Source of the DNA: a virus
Strand: one strand, 5' to 3'
Length of the DNA: 64,000 bases
Virus record (IMG/VR): IMGVR_UViG_3300009176_000003
Coordinates: 4,834 to 68,833 of that record
A model generated the notes under the pieces. That model did not search any database, was not told the origin of the DNA, and saw nothing but the letters and a program-made list of their open reading frames with translations. Shown here one piece after another: positions 47,247-55,554 of the stretch. The number at the start of each line of letters is the position of its first letter. Positions within the stretch are counted from its first letter, which is position 1. The position numbers and the translations under genes were made by a program.

Positions 47247-50105
47247 TTACCTTGCCGGGACGTAGGACCCGTCCGGCTGCTGGATCATCGGCTTGCCGGC
47301 GTAGGGCCCGCGCGGGAACACCACGATCTTGGGGGCACTGCCGGACGCACCATCGCCGCCTCCTCCGCTGGACGGCGCAGGGGCACCGCCGCCTGCTCCG
47401 CCAGGCGCAAACGGCGTGCCGCCGTTGAGCCACAAGTCGTGCATCGCCTGCGGGTTGATGCGCTGCTGGCGCGCCATCTGGGTGATGGTCTGGGAGGCTT
47501 TGTCCGGGTCGGCAAACAAGTCCGGTCGCGCGGTCGCCAGGGTGCGCGCCATGCTCATGACGTTGTTGACCTGGGCGCGATAAGTCGTGGCGAGCTGGTT
47601 TTGCTGCGCGATGCGCTCCTTGCTGCTGGCTGCCTCGCGATAGCGCCCCTCGCGCTCACGCTTGAACTCCAGATCGCCCGCGTCCTTCTTCTCCTTGCGT
47701 TCGCGTTCCAGCCGGGCGCGCTCGTCCTTGCCCTCCTCGCTGGCGATGGCCTTGTTGCCTTTGATCGTCTCGACGCTTTCTTTGGTGGCACGGTCGGCCA
47801 GCTGCCCCAGGCCGCGGTTGATGAAGTCCTGGCGCTGTGCCGCCTGCGAGGCAGCCGGGAACAAGCGACTCGCCTGGTTCTCCAGCTGCTGTTCCGGGGA
47901 TTGGCTTCCGCCGCTGGGACCGGGCGCGCTGGCACTGCCACGGATGCCTCCTCCGCCGCCTCCGCTGTAGCCTTTGTCCAGCCGCGAGACCGGCACGCCC
48001 GAGCCATACCGGTCGCCGGGTGCCGCGCCGTAGTCCGGCGTGTTCTTGCGCGCCTGGGCTGCCTCCCGGCCGGAAATCGTGCGCCCGTCGGCGGTTGTCG
48101 TGGGGTAGACCGGCTGCGGGCCCTGGTACCTGAACTTGGGGTCCATGAACGACGGGTCGCCGGTTTGTTCGCGCAACCCGGGGCCATAACCCGGCACCCG
48201 GCGCGAGCTGTAGGCCGGCGCACCGCTTGGATCGAAGCCGGACGGGTGCGCGGCAATCTGGCCGCGCCGCTGCCACTCGCTGCCCGGTGCGTTGCGGATG
48301 ACGCCGGCACCCCGGAGTTCGGCCTCGGTTGGCTCTTGGGCTTTGCCGGTCGGGATCACGCCGTTGCCGCCTTGTGCTGGTGCACCACCCCCGCCCCTGC
48401 GGGCTTCGCGCCGGCCGTAGTAGTCCGCCGCACTGGTGTCCCCGCCAGCCTGCCGGTTCCACCCCGGCACGCTGCGTTGGGCACTCGGCGACAGTGCCTG
48501 TCCCTGGGATGCGCGTTCCCAGCCCTCCATCATCGACACCGGCGACATGCCGGAGGCCATAGGGCGGTTTGCCAATGGGTTAGCGGCTGGGCGCAGCGCG
48601 CCGGGAGCGGGCGTAGCTGCTGCAGCCGGCGCAGCAGCCGACGCTGCGGGTGGTGTTACCGGGGCGGCAGCAGGCGCAGCTGCAGCCGGTGCCGCGGTCG
48701 GCACCACGCCGTCGCCCCCTGCAGGAGCCGGTTTTGCCTCGACTCCGCCCCCGCCCAGCGGAGTGACCATCCAGTTTCCAGCGGCTTGCGCGCCTTCCTG
48801 GACTTTTCTCATCCAGTCCGGCTGCGACCACAACGGCCCGACCGGCTGCTCCGCGCCTGCCGGAGCGGGTGGAGCTGCTGCGGCTTGCGCCGGGGCTGCG
48901 CCACCCTCCTGGTCCTTGCCGCTGACCAGGTTGTCAAACCCTTTGTCGAGCAGGCGCACAACGTCCTGCGCCTGCAGCACCTGCGGCCGGTCGACGTTGG
49001 GCTGCATCGGCGGCGGTGCCGGGGGCGTATAGCGCTCGCCGGTCTGCACCACCGGCTCCGGGCGCAAGCCTGCGGTCTCAACCTGTTCGCGCGGCTGTGG
49101 CCGGTCCATGACCGTGTCCGACTGCTGCGGCATGGTGGCCTGGGCGTCGTCTGTCAGCGGCTGCTGCTCGGGAACTGATACGTCCGGGGCGTCGGTAACG
49201 GCCTGCGCGACGTCTTCCTCGACCTCGCCGCCCTCCGCGTAGGACTGCTCCTCGTCGTCGCCCTCCGGCTCCTGTTTCTCCCGGTATGCCCTGGCACGCG
49301 GGTCCTCCGGCATCTCGCGGGCTTCGCGGTCCATGGACTGCTGGTAGAACGGCCCCCGGTTCGCCGGAGACGTCTTCTGGGGCAAATCCGGAACCGGCGA
49401 GTTTGGGTCTTTCGGCCGGTTAAACCAGTCGTACACCGTCTTGACGAATCCGCCGTCGTCAAAGCTCTGCTGCTGGGGACGCCCACCGCCGCGCGCGAAC
49501 GCGGGCTTGCTCATCATCGCGAGGCCGCCCTGCATTGGCGCAAATTGCGTGCGCTGCCCGTTCGGCACCGCGTCCATCGCCATGGTGGCGCTTCTTGCCG
49601 CCTCGCCCAGGTCGCCGCGGTTGAGCGCGGCCTTGGTCGCGCCCGCGTAGGCGTTGAACTTGCTGCGGTAGTGCTGCAACAAACCAAATTTGGCCTCGTC
49701 GTTGGGGGCGACGCCTATCGCTGCCGTCGCGCGCTGGGTCGGGTTCATCTGCCCCTGCGGGTCGATGCGCTGTTCGAGCGCCTGTGCGACCTCGGCTGAC
49801 ACCGCGCCGTCGCCGCTCAGATACGCCATCGCCTGGCGCGGGTCGGGGCCCGCCGCCGGGTTACCGCCGCCGGTAACTTGCTCGTCCGGCTGGGTCGGCA
49901 CCACCCCGCCGTCGTTGAAGCCCATCTGGTCGTCGTCGGTGGGAATGCCGTATTTCTTCTTGCCGTAGTTCAATGCAGCAGTGACGTACTGCATCGGGTC
50001 GATGGTGGCGTCGTCGGAGCCCTGGCCCGCCACGCTGTCGTAGTCGTCGTCCTCGGCGTAGCCGCCGTCGGCGAACGCGGGCTGAATCACGCCCAGATTA
50101 GGCAT
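47247..50105 (-). CDS. Internal virion protein
   Basis: 952 aa; low-complexity; five [YF]xxGG motifs. Confidence 0.65.
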   Translation of the reverse strand: MPNLGVIQPAFADGGYAEDDDYDSVAGQGSDDATIDPMQYVTAALNYGKKKYGIPTDDDQMGFNDGGVVPTQPDEQVTGGGNPAAGPDPRQAMAYLSGDGAVSAEVAQALEQRIDPQGQMNPTQRATAAIGVAPNDEAKFGLLQHYRSKFNAYAGATKAALNRGDLGEAARSATMAMDAVPNGQRTQFAPMQGGLAMMSKPAFARGGGRPQQQSFDDGGFVKTVYDWFNRPKDPNSPVPDLPQKTSPANRGPFYQQSMDREAREMPEDPRARAYREKQEPEGDDEEQSYAEGGEVEEDVAQAVTDAPDVSVPEQQPLTDDAQATMPQQSDTVMDRPQPREQVETAGLRPEPVVQTGERYTPPAPPPMQPNVDRPQVLQAQDVVRLLDKGFDNLVSGKDQEGGAAPAQAAAAPPAPAGAEQPVGPLWSQPDWMRKVQEGAQAAGNWMVTPLGGGGVEAKPAPAGGDGVVPTAAPAAAAPAAAPVTPPAASAAAPAAAATPAPGALRPAANPLANRPMASGMSPVSMMEGWERASQGQALSPSAQRSVPGWNRQAGGDTSAADYYGRREARRGGGGAPAQGGNGVIPTGKAQEPTEAELRGAGVIRNAPGSEWQRRGQIAAHPSGFDPSGAPAYSSRRVPGYGPGLREQTGDPSFMDPKFRYQGPQPVYPTTTADGRTISGREAAQARKNTPDYGAAPGDRYGSGVPVSRLDKGYSGGGGGGIRGSASAPGPSGGSQSPEQQLENQASRLFPAASQAAQRQDFINRGLGQLADRATKESVETIKGNKAIASEEGKDERARLERERKEKKDAGDLEFKREREGRYREAASSKERIAQQNQLATTYRAQVNNVMSMARTLATARPDLFADPDKASQTITQMARQQRINPQAMHDLWLNGGTPFAPGGAGGGAPAPSSGGGGDGASGSAPKIVVFPRGPYAGKPMIQQPDGSYVPAR

Positions 50106-50832
50106 CGGTCTTCTCCGTGACGGTGATCACCGCGTCGGCGGGCGCGGTGATGGTGATGGTGACGGTCTTGGTGGCGGTGGGGGGCGGCAGCGGAATAATG
50201 ATTTCGTCCTCGATGTACGAGGACACCAGCGCGGCCAGGAAGCTGGCGTGGTAGTCGGCGATCAGGCGTCCAATCGGCACCCCGTTCGACCACTTCGGGA
50301 TCGTATTCTTGTCGCCATTAATGATTTCCCGCGCGCCGAAAGGGTCGTCCACGTCGGCGTTGAAGTAGCGCATCAGGGTCTGCCGTCCGCCCTTGTCGCC
50401 CCGGAACCACCCTTCGGCCATGCCGAGAAACATGATGTCGGCTGCGATGTCCGGGTCGAGTGCCTTCTCGGCGTGCCATTCAAGGTCATTCTCGCCTTCA
50501 AGCTCCAACTCGTTGGCTGCCTTGCGGTAGTTGTCGCGCCACGTAAGCTGGACGTAGCCCCTCCCATAGTAAGTCTGTCCGGTGGTGGCGTCCTTCTGGC
50601 CGTAAGGGTGTCCCTTGCCCTTGCCGTACTCTTCGATGGGCAGCATCGTGCTGGCGGTCTCGTGTTTGGTGGTGGCCAGGGCGTAGGCGAGCCAGCGCAA
50701 ATCAGTCGTGGTGGGGTCGCGAACCCACGAGGCCAGGATGAATTTCTGCCCGTTGACCTGCTGCTGGGTAAGCGAGCCGCCGAACGGAGTTATTCTGACC
50801 ATGTCGAAGTAGATCTTCTCGTCGAAGCTCAT
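50098..50832 (-). CDS. Endolysin, glycoside hydrolase 19-like
   Basis: LAYALATTKHET...PIEEYG...YYGRGYVQLTWRDNY...AREIING. Confidence 0.9.
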   Translation of the reverse strand: MSFDEKIYFDMVRITPFGGSLTQQQVNGQKFILASWVRDPTTTDLRWLAYALATTKHETASTMLPIEEYGKGKGHPYGQKDATTGQTYYGRGYVQLTWRDNYRKAANELELEGENDLEWHAEKALDPDIAADIMFLGMAEGWFRGDKGGRQTLMRYFNADVDDPFGAREIINGDKNTIPKWSNGVPIGRLIADYHASFLAALVSSYIEDEIIIPLPPPTATKTVTITITAPADAVITVTEKTDA

Positions 50833-51116
50833 GGCGGGTTGCTCCCGCCGATGGGGACGGGCGCGAAAAGATCGAGCACCTGCCCGCGCTGCTGGCGCTG
50901 CGGGACTATGCATTCACTCAGGAGTTTCTGGACTTCACGTTGGACATCGGTGAAGAGCCTCACGTTGTCGGAGCGCTGCGAATTGAACTGCGAGGACTGG
51001 AAGTACATGAACACGATCAGGCTGAAGTTCATGACACAGAGCGCAAGCGACAGCGGCTCGTTCTGCATCACCTTGGCGAAGCCGGTGGCTGCCTTGACTA
51101 CCTGTTCGGTCGGCAC
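50829..51116 (-). CDS. Single-TM membrane protein (holin candidate)
   Basis: PLSLALCVMNFSLIVFMYF; directly upstream of endolysin. Confidence 0.55.
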   Translation of the reverse strand: MPTEQVVKAATGFAKVMQNEPLSLALCVMNFSLIVFMYFQSSQFNSQRSDNVRLFTDVQREVQKLLSECIVPQRQQRGQVLDLFAPVPIGGSNPP

Positions 51117-51205
51117 GTTGTCCCCGTAGTTACCAGCATCAGCATCCCGTGCAGATGTCCGGCGGTCTGGGCGGGTAGGGCTTCATCGGTTCGACCTGGC
51201 TCTCT

Positions 51206-51421
51206 TTAGTGGAATCGAAAGTTGCCGATGCTTCCGGTCATCACGACCGTCAGCAGGGCAATCAGCGCCAGCAGCAAGACCACCACCCAGACGCCCTTCT
51301 TGATCTGCTCGGGGATCGGCATGACGAACTGCTCGATCACGTAGATCGCCAGCCAGATGACCCCGCACAGGATGATCAGCCCGATCAGGAACCACAAAAC
51401 GCCGATTGCCATCGAGAGCAT
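51206..51421 (-). CDS. Two-TM small membrane protein (holin candidate)
   Basis: RBS AAGGAGG; two hydrophobic helices. Confidence 0.65.
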   Translation of the reverse strand: MLSMAIGVLWFLIGLIILCGVIWLAIYVIEQFVMPIPEQIKKGVWVVVLLLALIALLTVVMTGSIGNFRFH

Positions 51422-51434
51422 GGGGGCCTCCTTG

Positions 51435-53591
51435 TTACCGCGGCGGTAGCGGGCGCGACTGGAATGCTGGCCGCGCCCCTGCATTGGGCAGTGCCGGACG
51501 CATGGTCGGGCCGGGCTTCGCGCCGGCCATGCCGGTGCGGAGTTTTCGCGATTTCGCGATCAAGTCGGTGAAGAACTTGGTGCCCTGGTGTTTGACGACG
51601 TCGCGCGGGATCACGTACTCGCCGGCGTTTAACCTGGCAGCGATATCGTCGGTCTGCCGGCCCTGGCTAGGGCTCGCTGACCGGGGAACAGGCCCGCCGG
51701 TGGTCGGCACCACGCCCTGCTGTTGAGCACCGGGACGCGGGCGGCGCAGCATCGGGCGCTGTGACAGTGCGCCGTTCGGCTTCGGCATCGGGCGTTGTGG
51801 ACGCCGGGGTGGGCCTCCCGGCCGCATGCCCGGCGGACGCCGCACCGGTCCACCTTGTGCATAATAATCCGCGCTGTCGCCACTGAATGACTCGCCACCG
51901 TAGTCGCCGCTATAGCCCCCGCTGTCGTCGTAACCGCTGTAGTCGTCGTAGCCGCTGTCATAATAGTCGTCGTAGTAGCTGTTGTCCTCGTAGTCGCCAG
52001 ACGCGTCATAGCCGGAGTCGTCGTAACCGCTGCTGTCGTAGTCGTCGTAGTAGCTGTTGTCCTCGTAGTCGCTCTGATCGTAATAACTGTCGTCGTTCTG
52101 GTCCTGCGCGCTGTAATAATCGTCGGAATAACTGTTGTCCTGGTAGTCGTCGACCCCGCTCGGGTTCTCGTAGTCGGCAAAATCCTGCCCGCCCCACGGG
52201 TCGTTAGTCGTGCTTCCCTGGCCGATGTCGCTCCAGGTGTCGCCGTCGCCGCCACCCGGCTGCTGGTAGCTCGCCTGCTGATAGTTGTTGCTCTGGTCCT
52301 GCCAGCTCTGCAGCGGCGACTCGTTGTTTTGTTGTGCCGGCGTCGCGTCAGGCCAGGTCGCGTCTAGGTTCCATTTGCTTCCTTCATAGGGATTGGCAGT
52401 GGGGTCGACGTTGAACCCGCCCGGGCCGACGTTGTTGGAGTATTCCGGCGGCAAGTTCCAGTTCGACACCCCCGGCTCGTTCCACTGCGGAGTATCAGCC
52501 CCGTATTCCTTGCCGACATCAAACGTGTCCGGCTGCCACTGCGGCATCAGCCCGCCGGTGGACGGGTCAAAATACGGGATCGTCCCGTAGTAGCCCTCCT
52601 CGCCGCCGGTGCCGGCCCCAGGATCTTCGTCTTCCGCGTCGGTCTTGTAGACGCCGCTGCCGGCGCTTCCCTTGGGGGCGACCGCCATCCCCGGACCGCT
52701 GCCACCGCCTCCGCTGCCATCGCCCTTGCCGGCACCGCCGCCCTTCTCCTTGGGCTGCTGCTGTTGCTTCTGGCCGCCTTCGCCTTTTTCCGGGTCGCGC
52801 TGCTGGCTCTGCGAACTCTGCTGCGAGCCGCCCTGCGAGGTCGACTGCTGCTTATTGGCGACCGGCGGCAGCTTGTTGGCGGCGACTGCGGCGTTGAAAA
52901 ACGGCGCAGCCGACTGGGCCAGGTTCGCGCCGGTGTTGAGCAGGCCCAAGATCGCGTTCTCGGCCCCGGTCAGTCCCGCATAAGACGACTGGATCGCGTT
53001 GATCGCCTGGCCGGGCATGTTCTGCCCCCAGTTGATCCCCTGCGCGGTCATCTGGCGGCCGACGTCCTCGGTATGCTGCGCCGCCGCGGTGCCAGCACCG
53101 GCGCGGGCCGCCGCGTCCTGGGTGCGCGCCGACAGCAGCATGTCCTGGTAGCGGCCGGAGTTCACGTTGACGCCAAAGGAGCCGAGCTTCTGCTCCATCG
53201 CGCTCATCGCGGCCTGGTCCGCCTGCCCCACGGTGGACATCGCCTTGCCGGCCTCGAACGCCTGGCGGCCCTCCGACGCGTAAGAGCCCGCGTCGCGCAG
53301 CCACTGATCCATCAGTGGTTTGATCTGGTCGGTGTACTGGTGCAAAATCGTGTCGGCGAGGCCCTTGCCCTTGCCGGACATCTCCAGGAAGTTTGCAATA
53401 GTCTGGTCGGTGACGCCCTCGCCCTTGGCGTACTGGTCCATCGCCCAGTTGTACTGGCGGTCGCCCAGTGCGTTGAGCAGCGTCGACTGCATCAGCCCCC
53501 AGTTCGACTGGGCGCTGTCCATAATCTGGGGAGTCGAGGTGCTCTGTGACTCGCTAAAGGACGTGCCCTGGGAAGAGCTTTCGCCAGCCAT
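51435..53591 (-). CDS. Internal virion / pilot-like protein with acidic Asp-Tyr-Ser tract
   Basis: Gln/Ala-rich helical N-terminus; C-terminal TDDIAARLNAGEYVIPRDVV. Confidence 0.7.
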   Translation of the reverse strand: MAGESSSQGTSFSESQSTSTPQIMDSAQSNWGLMQSTLLNALGDRQYNWAMDQYAKGEGVTDQTIANFLEMSGKGKGLADTILHQYTDQIKPLMDQWLRDAGSYASEGRQAFEAGKAMSTVGQADQAAMSAMEQKLGSFGVNVNSGRYQDMLLSARTQDAAARAGAGTAAAQHTEDVGRQMTAQGINWGQNMPGQAINAIQSSYAGLTGAENAILGLLNTGANLAQSAAPFFNAAVAANKLPPVANKQQSTSQGGSQQSSQSQQRDPEKGEGGQKQQQQPKEKGGGAGKGDGSGGGGSGPGMAVAPKGSAGSGVYKTDAEDEDPGAGTGGEEGYYGTIPYFDPSTGGLMPQWQPDTFDVGKEYGADTPQWNEPGVSNWNLPPEYSNNVGPGGFNVDPTANPYEGSKWNLDATWPDATPAQQNNESPLQSWQDQSNNYQQASYQQPGGGDGDTWSDIGQGSTTNDPWGGQDFADYENPSGVDDYQDNSYSDDYYSAQDQNDDSYYDQSDYEDNSYYDDYDSSGYDDSGYDASGDYEDNSYYDDYYDSGYDDYSGYDDSGGYSGDYGGESFSGDSADYYAQGGPVRRPPGMRPGGPPRRPQRPMPKPNGALSQRPMLRRPRPGAQQQGVVPTTGGPVPRSASPSQGRQTDDIAARLNAGEYVIPRDVVKHQGTKFFTDLIAKSRKLRTGMAGAKPGPTMRPALPNAGARPAFQSRPLPPR

Positions 53592-53646
53592 GAAAAATCC
53601 GCCTCAGCAGTCTATGTGACCGTGGCGGTAACATGCCCCCAATCCG

Positions 53647-53663
53647 GTTAAGTAAGTCTGAAC
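53647..53663. promoter_or_regulatory. CtrA-box-like site upstream of the internal-protein/lysis operon
   Basis: GTTAA-GTAAGTC-TGAAC; intergenic. Confidence 0.5.
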
Positions 53664-53665
53664 CC

Positions 53666-53980
53666 CTAGGTGCCGTCGCCCTGGACAATCGGCACGGTCA
53701 GCGTCTCGCCGGTGAGCGTGTTGACATAGGTCACCGAGACCAGAGTCACGCGCCGGGCTTTGGAATTCTCCTCCGGGATCTCGGACCGCTCATCAAGCGC
53801 GTTAACCGAGTGTAGCACCCAGTCCGGCGACAGCCCGCCGGTTGACGATGGTGGCAGCGGCAAAGACAACAGAGGCGGCGGGGGCGGGACCGCACGGGAC
53901 ATGATGTTTGCTTCGAGCATGTGGCGCTCGATCATGTCTTTGACCTGGGCCTGGATGTTGATTTCGGGCGGATCGTCCAT
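53666..53980 (-). CDS. Hypothetical protein
   Basis: RBS GGAG; 104 aa. Confidence 0.6.
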   Translation of the reverse strand: MDDPPEINIQAQVKDMIERHMLEANIMSRAVPPPPPLLSLPLPPSSTGGLSPDWVLHSVNALDERSEIPEENSKARRVTLVSVTYVNTLTGETLTVPIVQGDGT

Positions 53981-53985
53981 GCCGG

Positions 53986-55098
53986 CTACTCCGCGTCAGG
54001 TTCGGGCAAGGCATCAGGCTCGGGCTTGACCCCCGGAGGCAGCGGCAGGCGGATCGGCGGCTGGTCGGGCTCGAACTCGTAATACACGTCGGTCGGCGGA
54101 ATCGGCGACAGGCTGATCCGATAAGGATGAAATTTTTTGCCGTAGTTGTCGGTCTGCCGGTAGTCCGGGTCCTCGTGTTTTTTCACGCTGATCAGAAAAT
54201 TTCCCTGGCTCTCGCTCGTCAGGTTCATGACATATTCGTGGTCGGGGTCGAGTTTCTGGTCCTCGTAGTCGATTCCAAAGCCTTGTTCACCGAGATTAGC
54301 GACTTGTTCTACTTTTGTCAGGGGTTTGCGTGCGGTCGAGAACACCGCCAAATCAATACCAGCATATCCTTCCTGGTAAGGCGGCGTGTCAGTTTGTCGT
54401 TTTAATATATTGCCGACGTTCAAGGAAATAATCTCGTCGCCTGGCTTGATCGCGAAAAGATACTCGATAAACCTGACTTGCTTTGAAAAATAATTTACCG
54501 GTATTATGGCAAGCTGCACATAATATGTTGCTGATCGGCTAGCGTGATCGTTCCACGAGTCCATACTGGCAACAGGGTACTGCCCCGGATAGACCGGATC
54601 GAAATAGAGCGGGCATGACGTCCCCTCGATGGATGGACGGAAGGCGTAGGGAAAAGACAGCCCTCCAGGCCTACCGAAGCCAATCCTAATACCGTCATAG
54701 GCTGCCTGCGCGCTGTGACCCACCGGCCCCATGATCGGGTCGGCCCACCCCAACGGACCCTCCGGCGGCGGAATGACATAAAATGGTCCCCAATCGACGA
54801 ACGCGGTCTGCTCCGGCACGTACTGCATGCACGTAGAAAACCCATCCTCGCTTTGCTCATTGAAATCAAGGTCAGTAACTTTATCTATCTCAGTTACTCC
54901 CTCGTGCGGCCGAAGGGTGTAATCCGGCGGGCTAACATTGGCAACCGGGGTAGGTCCTTGGCCGTACCGAAAATTCCCCAACCGAAGCCGCACATACAGA
55001 AATAACTTCCCGCCCCAGTGCACGTCGACGATCTTGGTCATCCACGGTTCGCGCACCGGGCGATAGCCGGGGAACGCCTGGGACTTCCAGTCGAACAT
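53986..55098 (-). CDS. Hypothetical tail-module protein
   Basis: 370 aa; lower-GC core. Confidence 0.65.
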   Translation of the reverse strand: MFDWKSQAFPGYRPVREPWMTKIVDVHWGGKLFLYVRLRLGNFRYGQGPTPVANVSPPDYTLRPHEGVTEIDKVTDLDFNEQSEDGFSTCMQYVPEQTAFVDWGPFYVIPPPEGPLGWADPIMGPVGHSAQAAYDGIRIGFGRPGGLSFPYAFRPSIEGTSCPLYFDPVYPGQYPVASMDSWNDHASRSATYYVQLAIIPVNYFSKQVRFIEYLFAIKPGDEIISLNVGNILKRQTDTPPYQEGYAGIDLAVFSTARKPLTKVEQVANLGEQGFGIDYEDQKLDPDHEYVMNLTSESQGNFLISVKKHEDPDYRQTDNYGKKFHPYRISLSPIPPTDVYYEFEPDQPPIRLPLPPGVKPEPDALPEPDAE

Positions 55099-55542
55099 CT
55101 AGCCGTTCTCTTCCGAGCCCGCCTGCACGCCGCGTCCCGCGTTGGCGTCCTGCCAGACCCAGTTCGCGCCGGTCTTCTGGTCGTGCATGGTCAGCGCCTT
55201 GACCCGGTCGTCGATCACCCACTGCTCTTTGTCTTTGGGATTCTCCACTTTGATCTTCTGGCGCACGATGCTCATTTGCGTGAAGCGCAGCCTGCCGACC
55301 TCCTTGCTGGCGGCAACCCGGACCTGGCTGGGCTTCACGCCGCTCGACGGCCGCAAGATATCGTTGCGTAAATTCCGGTCGAACTCCTGCTGCTGGCGCG
55401 TCGGCGAGAGGTTCTCGTTGGTAATGCGAATAACATCGGCCAGCGTGGCGTTAGGTGGAATGGGTCGCAACCCCACCGGCGACTGCGGGCCGGGCGGCGG
55501 CGCGAAGACCGTCACATTGCAGAAAGGCGCTGATGCCGCCAC
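55099..55542 (-). CDS. Hypothetical tail-module protein
   Basis: RBS AGGAGG, GTG start. Confidence 0.7.
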   Translation of the reverse strand: MAASAPFCNVTVFAPPPGPQSPVGLRPIPPNATLADVIRITNENLSPTRQQQEFDRNLRNDILRPSSGVKPSQVRVAASKEVGRLRFTQMSIVRQKIKVENPKDKEQWVIDDRVKALTMHDQKTGANWVWQDANAGRGVQAGSEENG

Positions 55543-55554
55543 GGTAACCTCCTG

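Noticed and set aside
46059-49178. 1039-aa + strand ORF
   Set aside because: Antisense shadow of GC-rich genes; Arg/Ala-rich with no motifs
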